Source: Bacteroidota bacterium (GTDB lineage Bacteria > Bacteroidota > Bacteroidia > Bacteroidales > Bacteroidaceae). From it: a stretch of DNA of 64,000 nucleotides. Below are positions 17,424-27,098 of this stretch, in pieces. Made by a program: the position numbers and the translations under genes. Position 1 is the stretch's first letter. Every line of letters begins with the position of its first letter. Under the pieces are notes generated by a model. The model was not told the origin of the DNA. It made no database searches and saw only the letters and a program-made list of their open reading frames with translations. The stretch lies in NCBI GenBank assembly GCA_023425865.1, contig JAFABV010000054.1, forward strand, positions 36,337-100,336. The letters run 5' to 3'.

Positions 17424-18581
17424 CTATTTATTTTTTGCGATGAGTTTCTTGATGGTCTCTACCGATGCCGCGGTGGTGAATCCGTCCTCGGGGGTGTTCA
17501 TGCAGTAGTCGATGAGCTTGTCGATTGTCGAGGTGGCCACGTGCATGCGCGTGTCGGAACTGGCATAGTAGATGAACACCTTGCCGTTGTCGTCAGCAAT
17601 CCAGCCATTGGAGAATACCACGTTCATCACGTCGCCGATATACTCCTCATCCTGGGGCACCAGCAGGTAGCCGCCGGGCTGAGCAATGACGCGGGTGGGA
17701 TCATCGAGAGCTGTCATATACATATATAATACATAGCGCAGGCCCGAGGCACAGGCCCGCACGCCGTGGGCCAGGTGCAGCCATCCTTTGGGCGTCTTGA
17801 TGGGGTGGGGACCCTCGCCGTTCTTCACCTCCATGATGGTGTGGTAGTGGCGAAGGTTGATGATTTTTTCCTCCTTCACCTCGGCATTGGTGATGTCGTC
17901 TACCAGTCCCCAACCTATGCCGCCACCTGAACCGGTGTCGATGAATCCATCCTGCGGGCGGGTGTAGAAGGCGTATTTGCCATCAACAAACTCGGGATGC
18001 AGTACCACGTTGCGCTGCTGACTCTTCGACTTGAGGTCGTGTAGACGCTCCCAATGGATGAGATCCTTGGTGCGGGCGATACCTGCCGTGGCGGTAGCTG
18101 CCGATAAGTCGCCCGGCTGACTGTCGTCGTGACGCTCGGCGCAAAATACGCCATATATCCATCCATCTTCGTGTGCGGTGAGGCGCATGTCATAGACATT
18201 GGTGGCGGGAATCGTGTCCTCGGGCAGGGTGATGGGCTCAGGCCAGAACCTGAAGTTGTCGATGCCGTTGGGACTCTCGGCCACGGCGAAGAAGCTCTTG
18301 CGATCGGCACCCTCCACGCGCACCACCAACAGGTATTTGCCATTCCACTTGATGGCACCCGAGTTGAGCGTGGCGTTCATCATGATGCGCTGCATCAGGT
18401 AGGGGTTGTCGTGTTCGTTGAAATCGTATCTCCATTCCAACGGTGTATGGTCAGCGGTGAGAATAGGGTATTTATAACGGTCGTAGATACCATTGCCCCA
18501 TTCTAAGGGTTCGTTTGCTCTCGTGAGTAATGCCTCGTGGCGGCTGCGGATGGCAGCTACCCTTTCTTCAAAAGTTTTCAT
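17424..18581 (-). CDS. GH130 4-O-beta-D-mannosyl-D-glucose phosphorylase-like enzyme, cytoplasmic
   Basis: 385-aa ORF, no signal peptide. The N-terminus [42 protein letters not shown] and the overall pattern match GH130_1 phosphorylases. Operon context supports the call. Confidence 0.85.
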   Translation of the reverse strand: MKTFEERVAAIRSRHEALLTRANEPLEWGNGIYDRYKYPILTADHTPLEWRYDFNEHDNPYLMQRIMMNATLNSGAIKWNGKYLLVVRVEGADRKSFFAVAESPNGIDNFRFWPEPITLPEDTIPATNVYDMRLTAHEDGWIYGVFCAERHDDSQPGDLSAATATAGIARTKDLIHWERLHDLKSKSQQRNVVLHPEFVDGKYAFYTRPQDGFIDTGSGGGIGWGLVDDITNAEVKEEKIINLRHYHTIMEVKNGEGPHPIKTPKGWLHLAHGVRACASGLRYVLYMYMTALDDPTRVIAQPGGYLLVPQDEEYIGDVMNVVFSNGWIADDNGKVFIYYASSDTRMHVATSTIDKLIDYCMNTPEDGFTTAASVETIKKLIAKNK

Positions 18582-18602
18582 TGTAGGGTAATATTTTTGT
18601 TA

Positions 18603-19670
18603 TTATTTCTTCTTCTTATTGATGTCACCGAGGAATAGCGTCCTGGGATAGGAGGAAAAAGCGCGGAAGTCTTGTTCGGTGTTACTTCCGGGATAGGCCA
18701 TATAGGTTTCCTTGTGATTGTCCCAAGCATTGCGCCAGAAAAGCACGTAGCTGATGGGAAAATCTTTGACGGCAGGCCAGAAAACCCGCGTAAACCAAGT
18801 GTTGTCGGGCAGTCGCTGGGCACCGGTCTCTGTCAGGGCTATCACCTTTCGGTGAGCCTTGCCTACCTGCTGCAAGCGATTGAGTTCAAACTTGAGCGTG
18901 TTCACGTATTTGTCGTTGTTGGCATCAAAATCATAGAGGTCTATTCCCAATAAATCAGCGTATTTGTCTCCAGGATAATAAGTGAGGTAATCGGCGTCTC
19001 CTGCATTGGGCGAAAAGCCCCATGCCAGGTTATTCAGTTTGTATTTCTTCGAAAGAACGTCGTGCGTGTAGCGGTAAAGCTGTTTGTATTCATCAGGAGT
19101 GCAGCTGGCGCTTCCCCACCAAAACCATCCGCCACCCATTTCGTGCCATGGGCGGAAAATGATTGGGATGAGCTTGCCATCGGGGGTGCGGAGAGAAGAC
19201 AGAAACTGTGCCACGGCATGGAGCCACGTGTTGAACTTGTCGTGCTGGCTGCCTCCAGGGATGATTTCCTTAACGGGACGACCTGATGGGTCCCAGGCGT
19301 TGTTGCCCGTTACAGGGTTGAAGGGGTGCCAGCTGAGTTCGATAATGCCCCCGCGCGCATGTTGTTGCTGAATCTCACGACGCATCCGGTCGAAGGGAAC
19401 ATGGTCGATATTTTTATCTTTCCCCAATTCCAGAGCGCCAAGTTCAAAGCCTATGACAGCAGGATAGTCGCCAATGATGTCCTTGATGTCGCTGCGTCCC
19501 TCATCCCATTTCCAGTTGTGACCGTACACCGTAGCGTCTTGGTGACCAATCATAATACCGCTTGACTGTATTTTTTTCAAGCGTTTGAGCAGTTTGGAGG
19601 CTGGTGAGGCTTGTACAACTGTGAATGACAGGCCGAACAAGACTGTTGTCAATAGGGTTGTTATTTTCAT
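18603..19670 (-). CDS. GH26 endo-beta-1,4-mannanase, periplasmic (SPI signal)
   Basis: 355-aa ORF. GH26 motifs GHQD, SWHP, RPWHEMGGGWFWWG (acid/base Glu) and ALTETG (nucleophile Glu). Confidence 0.9.
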   Translation of the reverse strand: MKITTLLTTVLFGLSFTVVQASPASKLLKRLKKIQSSGIMIGHQDATVYGHNWKWDEGRSDIKDIIGDYPAVIGFELGALELGKDKNIDHVPFDRMRREIQQQHARGGIIELSWHPFNPVTGNNAWDPSGRPVKEIIPGGSQHDKFNTWLHAVAQFLSSLRTPDGKLIPIIFRPWHEMGGGWFWWGSASCTPDEYKQLYRYTHDVLSKKYKLNNLAWGFSPNAGDADYLTYYPGDKYADLLGIDLYDFDANNDKYVNTLKFELNRLQQVGKAHRKVIALTETGAQRLPDNTWFTRVFWPAVKDFPISYVLFWRNAWDNHKETYMAYPGSNTEQDFRAFSSYPRTLFLGDINKKKK

Positions 19671-19736
19671 GTGCTGGGTATGTGATTGCGTTACGGGAAT
19701 TTGCTTTCTAAACTTGAGTTGTATTATACCATTGCT

Positions 19737-21032
19737 TTATTTGAGCTTCATCTGTGTCAGTATCCAGTTTTCCCATTCGTCCCACTGCTCTTGGTACCAG
19801 TAATGTCCTGTGAGGGGATAGACACTTAAGGTCTTGGGCGCAGTGACAATATTATAGGTAGCGTAGGAAGAAGTGGGAGGAACCACCTCGTCATTGTAGC
19901 CGAACGAGAACCAGCTTGTGCAGGTCACCCGACGGGCAAAGTTCACTCCGTCGTAGTAGCGCGCCCCTTCGATGCGCTGCTGCGTGGGCGTTTTGTCATA
20001 ATAGAAATAATGTGGCCAACCGCCAGCTACCCCTTTGAGCTCTGACTCGTAGTCGCACATGGCGTCATGTACCGCGGCCATAAAGGTCACGCGTTTGTCT
20101 AAGGCTGCCACGGCGAGAGAGAGAAATCCGCCTTGACTGGAGCCCGTTACGCCTATGATGTTGCCGTCCCATTGAGGTAAGGAGGCGATATAGTCTACAG
20201 CGCGCACGGCACCTGTAACGACGCGGCGATAATAGTTCTTCTCTGGATGTTCAAGGTTGACATCGAAATAACCGTCGAGTCCAGCCTTGTAGATTTGGTC
20301 GTAGAGCGACTGCGGCAAGGTGACGGGGATGCCATGAATGCCAATTTCCAATGTGATGGCTCCCTGTGAAGCTGTCCAGATGTCACCACCGTAAGGGCGC
20401 ACTCCCGCGCCCGGCACACGCAGTAACGCAGGATAACGACCGGGCTTTTTGGGTACGCAGAGTATGCCGAAGATACGTCCGCCAGGGCGGTCGTTGACGA
20501 AGCTCACCTCATAAACATCCACCGTTTGCGTGGAGCGGTCGGGCAGGGGGGTGAGATGTGGGTCGAGGTCAAGTTTGCGGGCCTGGGCGAGGGTGTTGCT
20601 CCAGAAGGTATCAAAGTCTTTGGGACATTGTGTGGCAGGCGTGAGCTTCTCGGGGGAGAAGGCGGCTGTGCAGAGCCCTGCATAATCTTTTCCGTCGACA
20701 TGTGCCGTAACTTTCAGGCGGTAGAAGCCCGGCGAAGTCATCTTTCCAGCGAAGTTCATGGTGCCGTCTTCTAATGTCACGTCTTTCTTGTGCAGGGTAG
20801 GAAACATCTCCGGACCTGCCTCATAATCAACCTTGACATTGTTGATGGGTGTGCCCGAACGCAGTACGGTAACTTTGAAGCGTGCTGTTTCGCCGGTTTT
20901 GTAGTTCCAGTCCTGATGGTCGGGTTGTACGGTAACTACAATGTTTTTGCCCATAATCTGGGCATTGAGCCCAAGTATCATGGTTGTCAGGAGTAGCAAT
21001 ATAATGCCAGCTTTTCTCGTAGGGTATTCCAT
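19737..21032 (-). CDS. Acetyl-xylan-esterase/cephalosporin-C-deacetylase-like (AXE1/CE7-type) serine esterase with N-terminal Ig-like domain
   Basis: 431-aa ORF with signal peptide. Alpha/beta-hydrolase nucleophile elbow GSSQGG, and AXE1-like pattern around FWSNTLAQARKLDLDP. Confidence 0.75.
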   Translation of the reverse strand: MEYPTRKAGIILLLLTTMILGLNAQIMGKNIVVTVQPDHQDWNYKTGETARFKVTVLRSGTPINNVKVDYEAGPEMFPTLHKKDVTLEDGTMNFAGKMTSPGFYRLKVTAHVDGKDYAGLCTAAFSPEKLTPATQCPKDFDTFWSNTLAQARKLDLDPHLTPLPDRSTQTVDVYEVSFVNDRPGGRIFGILCVPKKPGRYPALLRVPGAGVRPYGGDIWTASQGAITLEIGIHGIPVTLPQSLYDQIYKAGLDGYFDVNLEHPEKNYYRRVVTGAVRAVDYIASLPQWDGNIIGVTGSSQGGFLSLAVAALDKRVTFMAAVHDAMCDYESELKGVAGGWPHYFYYDKTPTQQRIEGARYYDGVNFARRVTCTSWFSFGYNDEVVPPTSSYATYNIVTAPKTLSVYPLTGHYWYQEQWDEWENWILTQMKLK

Positions 21033-21170
21033 TTGTTAGGTTTATGAGTGCTAAGATTGTTGCAAAGATAGCGTATTAATTGAAATTAGGCTGATACTAT
21101 ATTGTCATATCCTTGTATTTTGATGTTATTTTGGTTTGTATTTCAATCTTATGAAATATTAATATTATCC

Positions 21171-21698
21171 ATACGCGCGTTCGGGGTAAGCTGAGTATGC
21201 AAACAGTGGCCCTCGGGTGAGCATGCAGGCTGTGGCAGGGTGGTGCCTAAAAGGTGCAGTTGTGAGCCCCCAAGCTGCCGTTTCAACCGCCCTCTGCACC
21301 TATGGCAAGGGCGGGCGGGCTCAATGAGAAGCCTCAGGTCACCGGATGATTCTATATAGAATGATGATATGGTTTTATATAGAATTATCGAATGGTTTTA
21401 TATAGAACCATCCGATGGTTTCATATAGAATCATCGGGCTGTAGGGTGCGAACGGCTGGGCGTAGGCATGGAGATGGGGCGACGTGCAGGCTGGTCACCG
21501 TGGCCGAGAATGTGGCTTGGGCAAGACGCCACGGAGGGTATGCGGATACTGATACATGGGGCTGGTGCCACGGGGGCAGCAAGACTTGCTGGCAACGGCC
21601 GTGGAGAGGTGATGGCATGCCGTCTTACAGGGGTAAACGTTGATGGCCGTGACAGTAGGGAACTAATTGCATAGTCAACTTATCCCGAACTTGCGTAT
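21171..21698 (-). mobile_element. MITE-like repeat element, copy B (apparently full length; inverted relative to copies A and C)
   Basis: Terminal inverted repeats: left ATACGCGCGTTCGGGGTAAGCTGAGTATGCAAACAGT versus the reverse complement of the right end ATACGCAAGTTCGGGATAAGTTGACTATGCAATTAGT. The interior is colinear with copies A and C. The core array lies at 21346-21437. No credible ORF. Confidence 0.6.
21346..21437 (-). repeat. Tandem array, 4 x 23-bp units (ATGGTTTTATATAGAAYYATCSR type)
   Basis: Directly read 23-nt periodicity. It is the reverse-complement orientation of the arrays at 8095 and 36152. Confidence 0.85.
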
Positions 21699-21921
21699 AT
21701 ATATTAAGGTGTCGGTTATTTACTGTGACAGCCTGGTGCTAAAAGTGAGGGCAAGATAAGCCAAAGGCATGATGTGGTCACTCGGTCATTGATATAGGTC
21801 AAATCAAAATAGTTGTATATTTGCGTTTGAATATAGTTAAAAACACTTTGGGATAAAAGTATAAGGTTTGGTTAATATAGTATTATGAACTTCAGGAAAA
21901 TATTGTCTATCTTTGCAGTTA

Positions 21922-21929
21922 TAATTTTG
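21922..21929 (+). promoter_or_regulatory. Candidate -7 box TAATTTTG upstream of the mannan-locus SusC (a second match, TATATTTG, at 21816-21823)
   Basis: Match to the Bacteroidetes TAnnTTTG consensus only. No convincing -33 element. Confidence 0.2.
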
Positions 21930-22022
21930 TATCTATCGATCAGTATTGTTACTTTATTATTGTCTCATCTGACTCAAGTGAGAATCTACTTGTAAAATCA
22001 ATTTAAAACCAAGACTAAGTAT

Positions 22023-25000
22023 ATGAAACCAAACGATCAAAGAATGTTGTTGTTGGCAGGTCTATGCTCTTGCCTGAGCATGGGTTATGCGCCACAGGCT
22101 TATGCCGCTACAGATGCGGTACAGGTCGTCCAGCAGCAGACCAAGAGAATTACTGGATCGGTCAGTGATTCGCAAGGTCCAATTGTGGGAGCTGCAGTAA
22201 GGGTTGCAGGAACTTCAGTGGCAACGGTCACTGACCTTGACGGTAACTTTACGCTCAATGTCCCCGTAGGTTCTACCATTACCGTGACCTATGTGGGTTA
22301 TAAAGATGCGAGTTTCCAGGTAGGAAGCAAGGCGTCTTATTCGGTTACGCTGACTGAGGAAAACAATTCTCTGAACGAAGTGGTAGTGGTGGGTTATGGT
22401 ACGATGAAGAAGAGTGACCTTGCTGGTGCGTCCGCTTCATTAGACGAGAAAACCTTGAAGTCGGCGCCCATGACGAATATCGACCAAGCGTTACAGGGAC
22501 GTGTATCGGGTGTCACGTCGATGCAGTCGTCAGGTGCGCCGGGTTCGGCAGTCTCTATCAATGTGCGTGGTCTGGCCACAGTTAACGCAGGCTCTGACCC
22601 TCTCTATGTGGTCGACGGCGTGATCTGGCAGGGTGGCTCCAACAGTGGTGCCAGTCTGGGTCTGGGTGATGCCCTGGGTAATGGTAAGCATTCTACGGTG
22701 TCGCCCATGTCGTTGCTCAATCCCGCTGACATTGTTAATATAGAGGTGTTGAAGGATGCCTCTGCTACAGCCATCTATGGTGCCCAGGGTGCCAATGGTG
22801 TAGTGCTGATTACCACCAAGCATGGTAAGGAGGGAGAAGCTAAATTCTCTTATAATGGTTCTGTGACGGGTTCCCGACAGAACAAGCGGTTGGACATCAT
22901 GAATCTCCGCGAGTTTGCCAGCTACTACAACGACATGGCCGCCCAGGGTGAGATTTCTGATCCCGATTTGGTCTATAGTGACCCGTCTACGCTGGGTGTG
23001 GGTACCAACTGGCAGGATGCCATCTTCCGCACCGCTTGGTCGCATTCTCATCAAGTGAGCGCACAGGGTGGTACAGATAAGGTGAAATACTATGTGTCGG
23101 GTAACTATAACGACCAAGACGGTACCATTATTGGCAGTGAGTTCAGTCGTTATTCTTTCCGTGTGAATCTTGATGCACAGCTTAAGAAATGGCTGAAGCT
23201 CGGTGTGAATGCCACATACAGCAAGACCAGTGAAAGTCTGAAACTGGCAGATAGTGATGAGGGTCTGATCACCTATTCGCTCACCACACCTCCCGATATT
23301 CAGATTTATAACATCGATGGCGGTTATTCCAGTGTGTCGAAAGAGGGATTCACCAATCCTAACCCCATTGCCTTGGCCATGATGGATGACATTCTCCTTG
23401 ACCGTAAGACGCTCAATGGAAGCATCTTTGCCGACGTGACACCGATAAAGCACATTACATGGCACGTGCAGTTAGGCTTTAATACGGGAGCTTCGAAAGC
23501 TCAGACGTATGAGCCTAAGGTGAATCTCGGTACATGGACCAGAGACCAGAACCAGAGTCGCATTCAAAAGAACAGCAACGACTATTGGTCGCTAAGCAAC
23601 TATGTGAATTATAACAACCAGTTTGGCAAGCACAACGTCTCGGCGATGGTAGGACAGGAAATGTGGGAATCAAAGTATGACTATATTTCTGTTTACAACA
23701 CCAATCTGCCCAGCGATATCGTCCACAATCCTTCTTTGGGCTCTGGTGACCCACAGATAGGATCGGGTTGGGGCAGTTCGTCCATGGCCTCGTTCTTCAC
23801 CCGTGAGACTTACAATTACGACGACCGTTACCTTGCCACTTACACTTATCGTTACGATGGCAGTTCTAACTTCGGCCCCAACAAGCGTTGGGCTGGATTC
23901 CATTCTGTGGCTTTGGCCTGGCGTTTCTCTAATGAGGCCTTTGTCAAGAGTTGGGCCGGCAATTGGCTGAGCAACGGTAAACTCCGTTTAGGATGGGGAC
24001 AGACGGGTAACTCGAATATTGGCAGCTACCTCTGGGGATCAGCCATGTCGGTGATGTCTACCGGTTTGGGCACCAGCTATCGTCCTGCCAACTTGAAGAA
24101 CCTCGACATTAAGTGGGAGACACAGGAACAGTGGAACGTGGGTCTCGACTTAGGCTTCTTCAATAACCGCTTGAACCTCACCATGGACTGGTACAGCAAG
24201 CAGTCGAAAGACATGCTGATGCAGCTCATCCTCCCGTCGATCATGGGTACCAGCGGTAATGCGTCTTCAGTTTTGGCAGCGCCCTATGGCAACTATGGTG
24301 ACATCCAGAATACTGGTTTCGAAATCAATATCAATGCCATTCCCGTGAAGTCAAAGGATTTTGAATGGAGTAGCGACCTCAATTTCTCTTTCAACAAGAA
24401 CAAGCTGAAGAGCCTTTCAGGCAGTACCGCACTCTTGGGCTATGGCCAGTGGAGCGACGTGGTGACACGCACAGTCCCCGGACAGTCACTCTTCCGTTTC
24501 TATGGCTATGAGGTGGAAGGCATCTACCAGGACTTCGACGACATCATCAACTCGCCGGTCAACACCTTGCAGCAAAACAATCCGATCGTCACCAATGCCG
24601 ACGGCACGAAGTCATGGAGCACCGACCCCACCAAGTACAGTCGAAGCAATACGACCTATGTGGGCGATATCAAGTATAAGGATGTCAACAATGACGGCAT
24701 CATCGATGAGAACGACAAGACCGACCTCGGTTCGCCGTTCCCCAAGATGACCTTCGGTTTCAACAATACCTTCCGTTATAAGAATTTCGACCTCAACGTC
24801 TTCATCAATGGTTCTCTCGGTGGTAAAATCGGCAACTACATGAAGATGAAACTGACACATATGAATACTGTGTGGTCTAATCAGCTCACTGATGTCAACA
24901 ACCGTGCACGCCTGACAACCAGTGATGGTGATTTGAGTGGTCGCTGGTTTGATGACATTAGCCGTGTTGTGGTTGCCAATTCTGATGCTACCTTGCCACG

Positions 25001-25304
25001 TGCTTCAATCAACGACCCCAATAACAACGACGCCTGGAGTAGCCGTTATATCGAAAGCGCGTCTTATATGCGCTTGAAGAGCATAACCTTGGGTTATACC
25101 TTTGACAGCAAGCTCATCCGAAAGATTGGACTCTCCAGCCTGCGCCTGTCGCTCAACGCCACCAATCTCTTCACGATCACAGGTTACGATGGCTACGATC
25201 CAGAAATCGGTATCTCTCCGGCCAGTGCCAATGTGTATAACTTAGACAACGGACGCTATCCGTCACCGACGACCGTCACGTTTGGTCTCGACATGTCATT
25301 CTAA
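22023..25304 (+). CDS. SusC-like TonB-dependent transporter
   Basis: 1093-aa ORF. N-terminal carboxypeptidase-regulatory-like domain (ITGSVSDSQGPIVGAAVRVAGTSVATVTDLDGNFTL), VVVVGYGTMKKSDLAGAS plug motif, C-terminal aromatic residue (…FGLDMSF). Confidence 0.95.
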   Translation: MKPNDQRMLLLAGLCSCLSMGYAPQAYAATDAVQVVQQQTKRITGSVSDSQGPIVGAAVRVAGTSVATVTDLDGNFTLNVPVGSTITVTYVGYKDASFQVGSKASYSVTLTEENNSLNEVVVVGYGTMKKSDLAGASASLDEKTLKSAPMTNIDQALQGRVSGVTSMQSSGAPGSAVSINVRGLATVNAGSDPLYVVDGVIWQGGSNSGASLGLGDALGNGKHSTVSPMSLLNPADIVNIEVLKDASATAIYGAQGANGVVLITTKHGKEGEAKFSYNGSVTGSRQNKRLDIMNLREFASYYNDMAAQGEISDPDLVYSDPSTLGVGTNWQDAIFRTAWSHSHQVSAQGGTDKVKYYVSGNYNDQDGTIIGSEFSRYSFRVNLDAQLKKWLKLGVNATYSKTSESLKLADSDEGLITYSLTTPPDIQIYNIDGGYSSVSKEGFTNPNPIALAMMDDILLDRKTLNGSIFADVTPIKHITWHVQLGFNTGASKAQTYEPKVNLGTWTRDQNQSRIQKNSNDYWSLSNYVNYNNQFGKHNVSAMVGQEMWESKYDYISVYNTNLPSDIVHNPSLGSGDPQIGSGWGSSSMASFFTRETYNYDDRYLATYTYRYDGSSNFGPNKRWAGFHSVALAWRFSNEAFVKSWAGNWLSNGKLRLGWGQTGNSNIGSYLWGSAMSVMSTGLGTSYRPANLKNLDIKWETQEQWNVGLDLGFFNNRLNLTMDWYSKQSKDMLMQLILPSIMGTSGNASSVLAAPYGNYGDIQNTGFEININAIPVKSKDFEWSSDLNFSFNKNKLKSLSGSTALLGYGQWSDVVTRTVPGQSLFRFYGYEVEGIYQDFDDIINSPVNTLQQNNPIVTNADGTKSWSTDPTKYSRSNTTYVGDIKYKDVNNDGIIDENDKTDLGSPFPKMTFGFNNTFRYKNFDLNVFINGSLGGKIGNYMKMKLTHMNTVWSNQLTDVNNRARLTTSDGDLSGRWFDDISRVVVANSDATLPRASINDPNNNDAWSSRYIESASYMRLKSITLGYTFDSKLIRKIGLSSLRLSLNATNLFTITGYDGYDPEIGISPASANVYNLDNGRYPSPTTVTFGLDMSF

Positions 25305-25324
25305 AGATCTAAATGGAATAAACG

Positions 25325-27076
25325 ATGAAAACCAAGAATATCAAATATGTTGCGGTTGCCATGTTCATGGGCCTTGGACTGTCGTCATGTGGCGACTTCC
25401 TGGACAAGCCGGTGGAAGACAACTACAACACCGAGAACTATTATCAGTCAGACAACGCCGTAATTCAAGGCGTCAATTACCTTTACAACTCTCCCTGGTA
25501 CGATTTCCAGCGTGGCTTCATCAAGGTGGGCGAGGTGTTGTCAGGCAATATGTATTGGGGAAGTAGCCCCTACCTCAACTTCAGTGTCAACGGTTCTGAC
25601 GAAGACTTGATCAATATGTCATACTCGCTCTGGGCAGAAATTGGTCACTGTAACACGGTGTATGAGTCACTCAAGGGTGCCAATGCCTCGCAAGCCGTGA
25701 AAAACCAGGGTATGGGTGAGTGCTTGGCATGGAAGGCTATGGCCTATTTCTTCCTCGTGCGCTCATTCGGTGATGTGCCTATCGTGCATAACAACTCCGA
25801 CAATCTTGCCGCTGGCGACTACAACACGCTGCAGAAGGTGGAGAAGGCCGATGTTTACGACTACATTATCTTGACTTTGGAGAAGGCCATGGAACTGCTG
25901 CCTAAGACCAAGAGCACCACAGGACGTATAGACTACTATTGTGCCGAGGGTCTGTTGGCCAAGGTGTATCTCACCAAGGCTGGCGTCAGCGGTACCTTGA
26001 ACCAGGATGACCTTGCCAAGGCTGTAAGCTATGCCACTGACGTCATCAACAATTCTGGCCGTACGCTGATGGCTAACTATGCTGACATCTTCCGTGGCAG
26101 CAACAACGTGAGTGACGAGAGCCTCTTCGCTTGGCGTTGGACTGTAGGTGCGCAGTGGACCAGTCAGAATACCTTGCAGAGCGACCTGGCACCCCAGGGC
26201 TTTGACGAGAACGGCGACAACTGGGGTGGCTGGGGTGGCCCTTCGCTCGATCTCATCGAGGCCTACGGTGTTTCGCCTAAAGACGATCCCACCAAGCGTA
26301 TCGATAAGGACGCCCGCCGCAAGGCTACCGTCATGCTTGCCGGCGACATCTACGAGTATTTTTGGCGCGACCACGACCTGGGCAATGGCAAAAAAGGCCT
26401 CGACTATCTGAAGTTCTGGTACGACAAGAGCTATAATGCTGCTGCCACCGGTCAGTGTCAGGCACCTTGCGGAGGTACCAACGTGAAGCACCTCTATGGC
26501 GACAATGCCGATCACTTGGCTGAGATGGGTATCATTCCGGGACGCATGGCCAATGCCCTCGCCACCCATATCCTCCGACTTTCTGATGTCTACCTCGTGC
26601 TGGCTGAGGCCCAAGCCCTGATTGATGGTGGCACCACCACCAACGCCAATGCGCTCAAGGCTTTCAATGCCGTACATCAGCGTGCTGTTCCCTCTGATGT
26701 GGAGAAGACATCGCTCACCTTCAATGATGTATGGAAAGAGCGCCGCCTGGAGTTCGCCGGAGAGGGCGACCGCTGGTACGACCTCGTACGTCGCAGCTAC
26801 TATGATGTAGATGCCTGTATCGCAGAAATCAAGGCACAGAAGCGAAATGCCCTTTGGGGATGCGATATTGTGTACAAGCGCTATTTTGAATCAAACGTAT
26901 GGTCATATAACGAAGAAGGCGGTGAGATGCAGTATGACAGCGATACCCCTGCCCCCAATGTTACGGCCAACAGCTTCCAGTTGCCTTTCCCGACAGAGGA
27001 TGTGGCCCTGAATCCTAACCTGGGTAGCAATGTCGCACCCATTCACGTAGACGTGCGCAGCACTTACAGCTATTAA
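25325..27076 (+). CDS. SusD/RagB-family outer-membrane lipoprotein
   Basis: 583-aa ORF immediately after SusC. Lipobox LGLSSC. SusD-like C-terminal region (…ERRLEFAGEGDRWYDLVR…). Confidence 0.95.
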   Translation: MKTKNIKYVAVAMFMGLGLSSCGDFLDKPVEDNYNTENYYQSDNAVIQGVNYLYNSPWYDFQRGFIKVGEVLSGNMYWGSSPYLNFSVNGSDEDLINMSYSLWAEIGHCNTVYESLKGANASQAVKNQGMGECLAWKAMAYFFLVRSFGDVPIVHNNSDNLAAGDYNTLQKVEKADVYDYIILTLEKAMELLPKTKSTTGRIDYYCAEGLLAKVYLTKAGVSGTLNQDDLAKAVSYATDVINNSGRTLMANYADIFRGSNNVSDESLFAWRWTVGAQWTSQNTLQSDLAPQGFDENGDNWGGWGGPSLDLIEAYGVSPKDDPTKRIDKDARRKATVMLAGDIYEYFWRDHDLGNGKKGLDYLKFWYDKSYNAAATGQCQAPCGGTNVKHLYGDNADHLAEMGIIPGRMANALATHILRLSDVYLVLAEAQALIDGGTTTNANALKAFNAVHQRAVPSDVEKTSLTFNDVWKERRLEFAGEGDRWYDLVRRSYYDVDACIAEIKAQKRNALWGCDIVYKRYFESNVWSYNEEGGEMQYDSDTPAPNVTANSFQLPFPTEDVALNPNLGSNVAPIHVDVRSTYSY

Positions 27077-27098
27077 TAACCTTTAGAGACGAACAACG

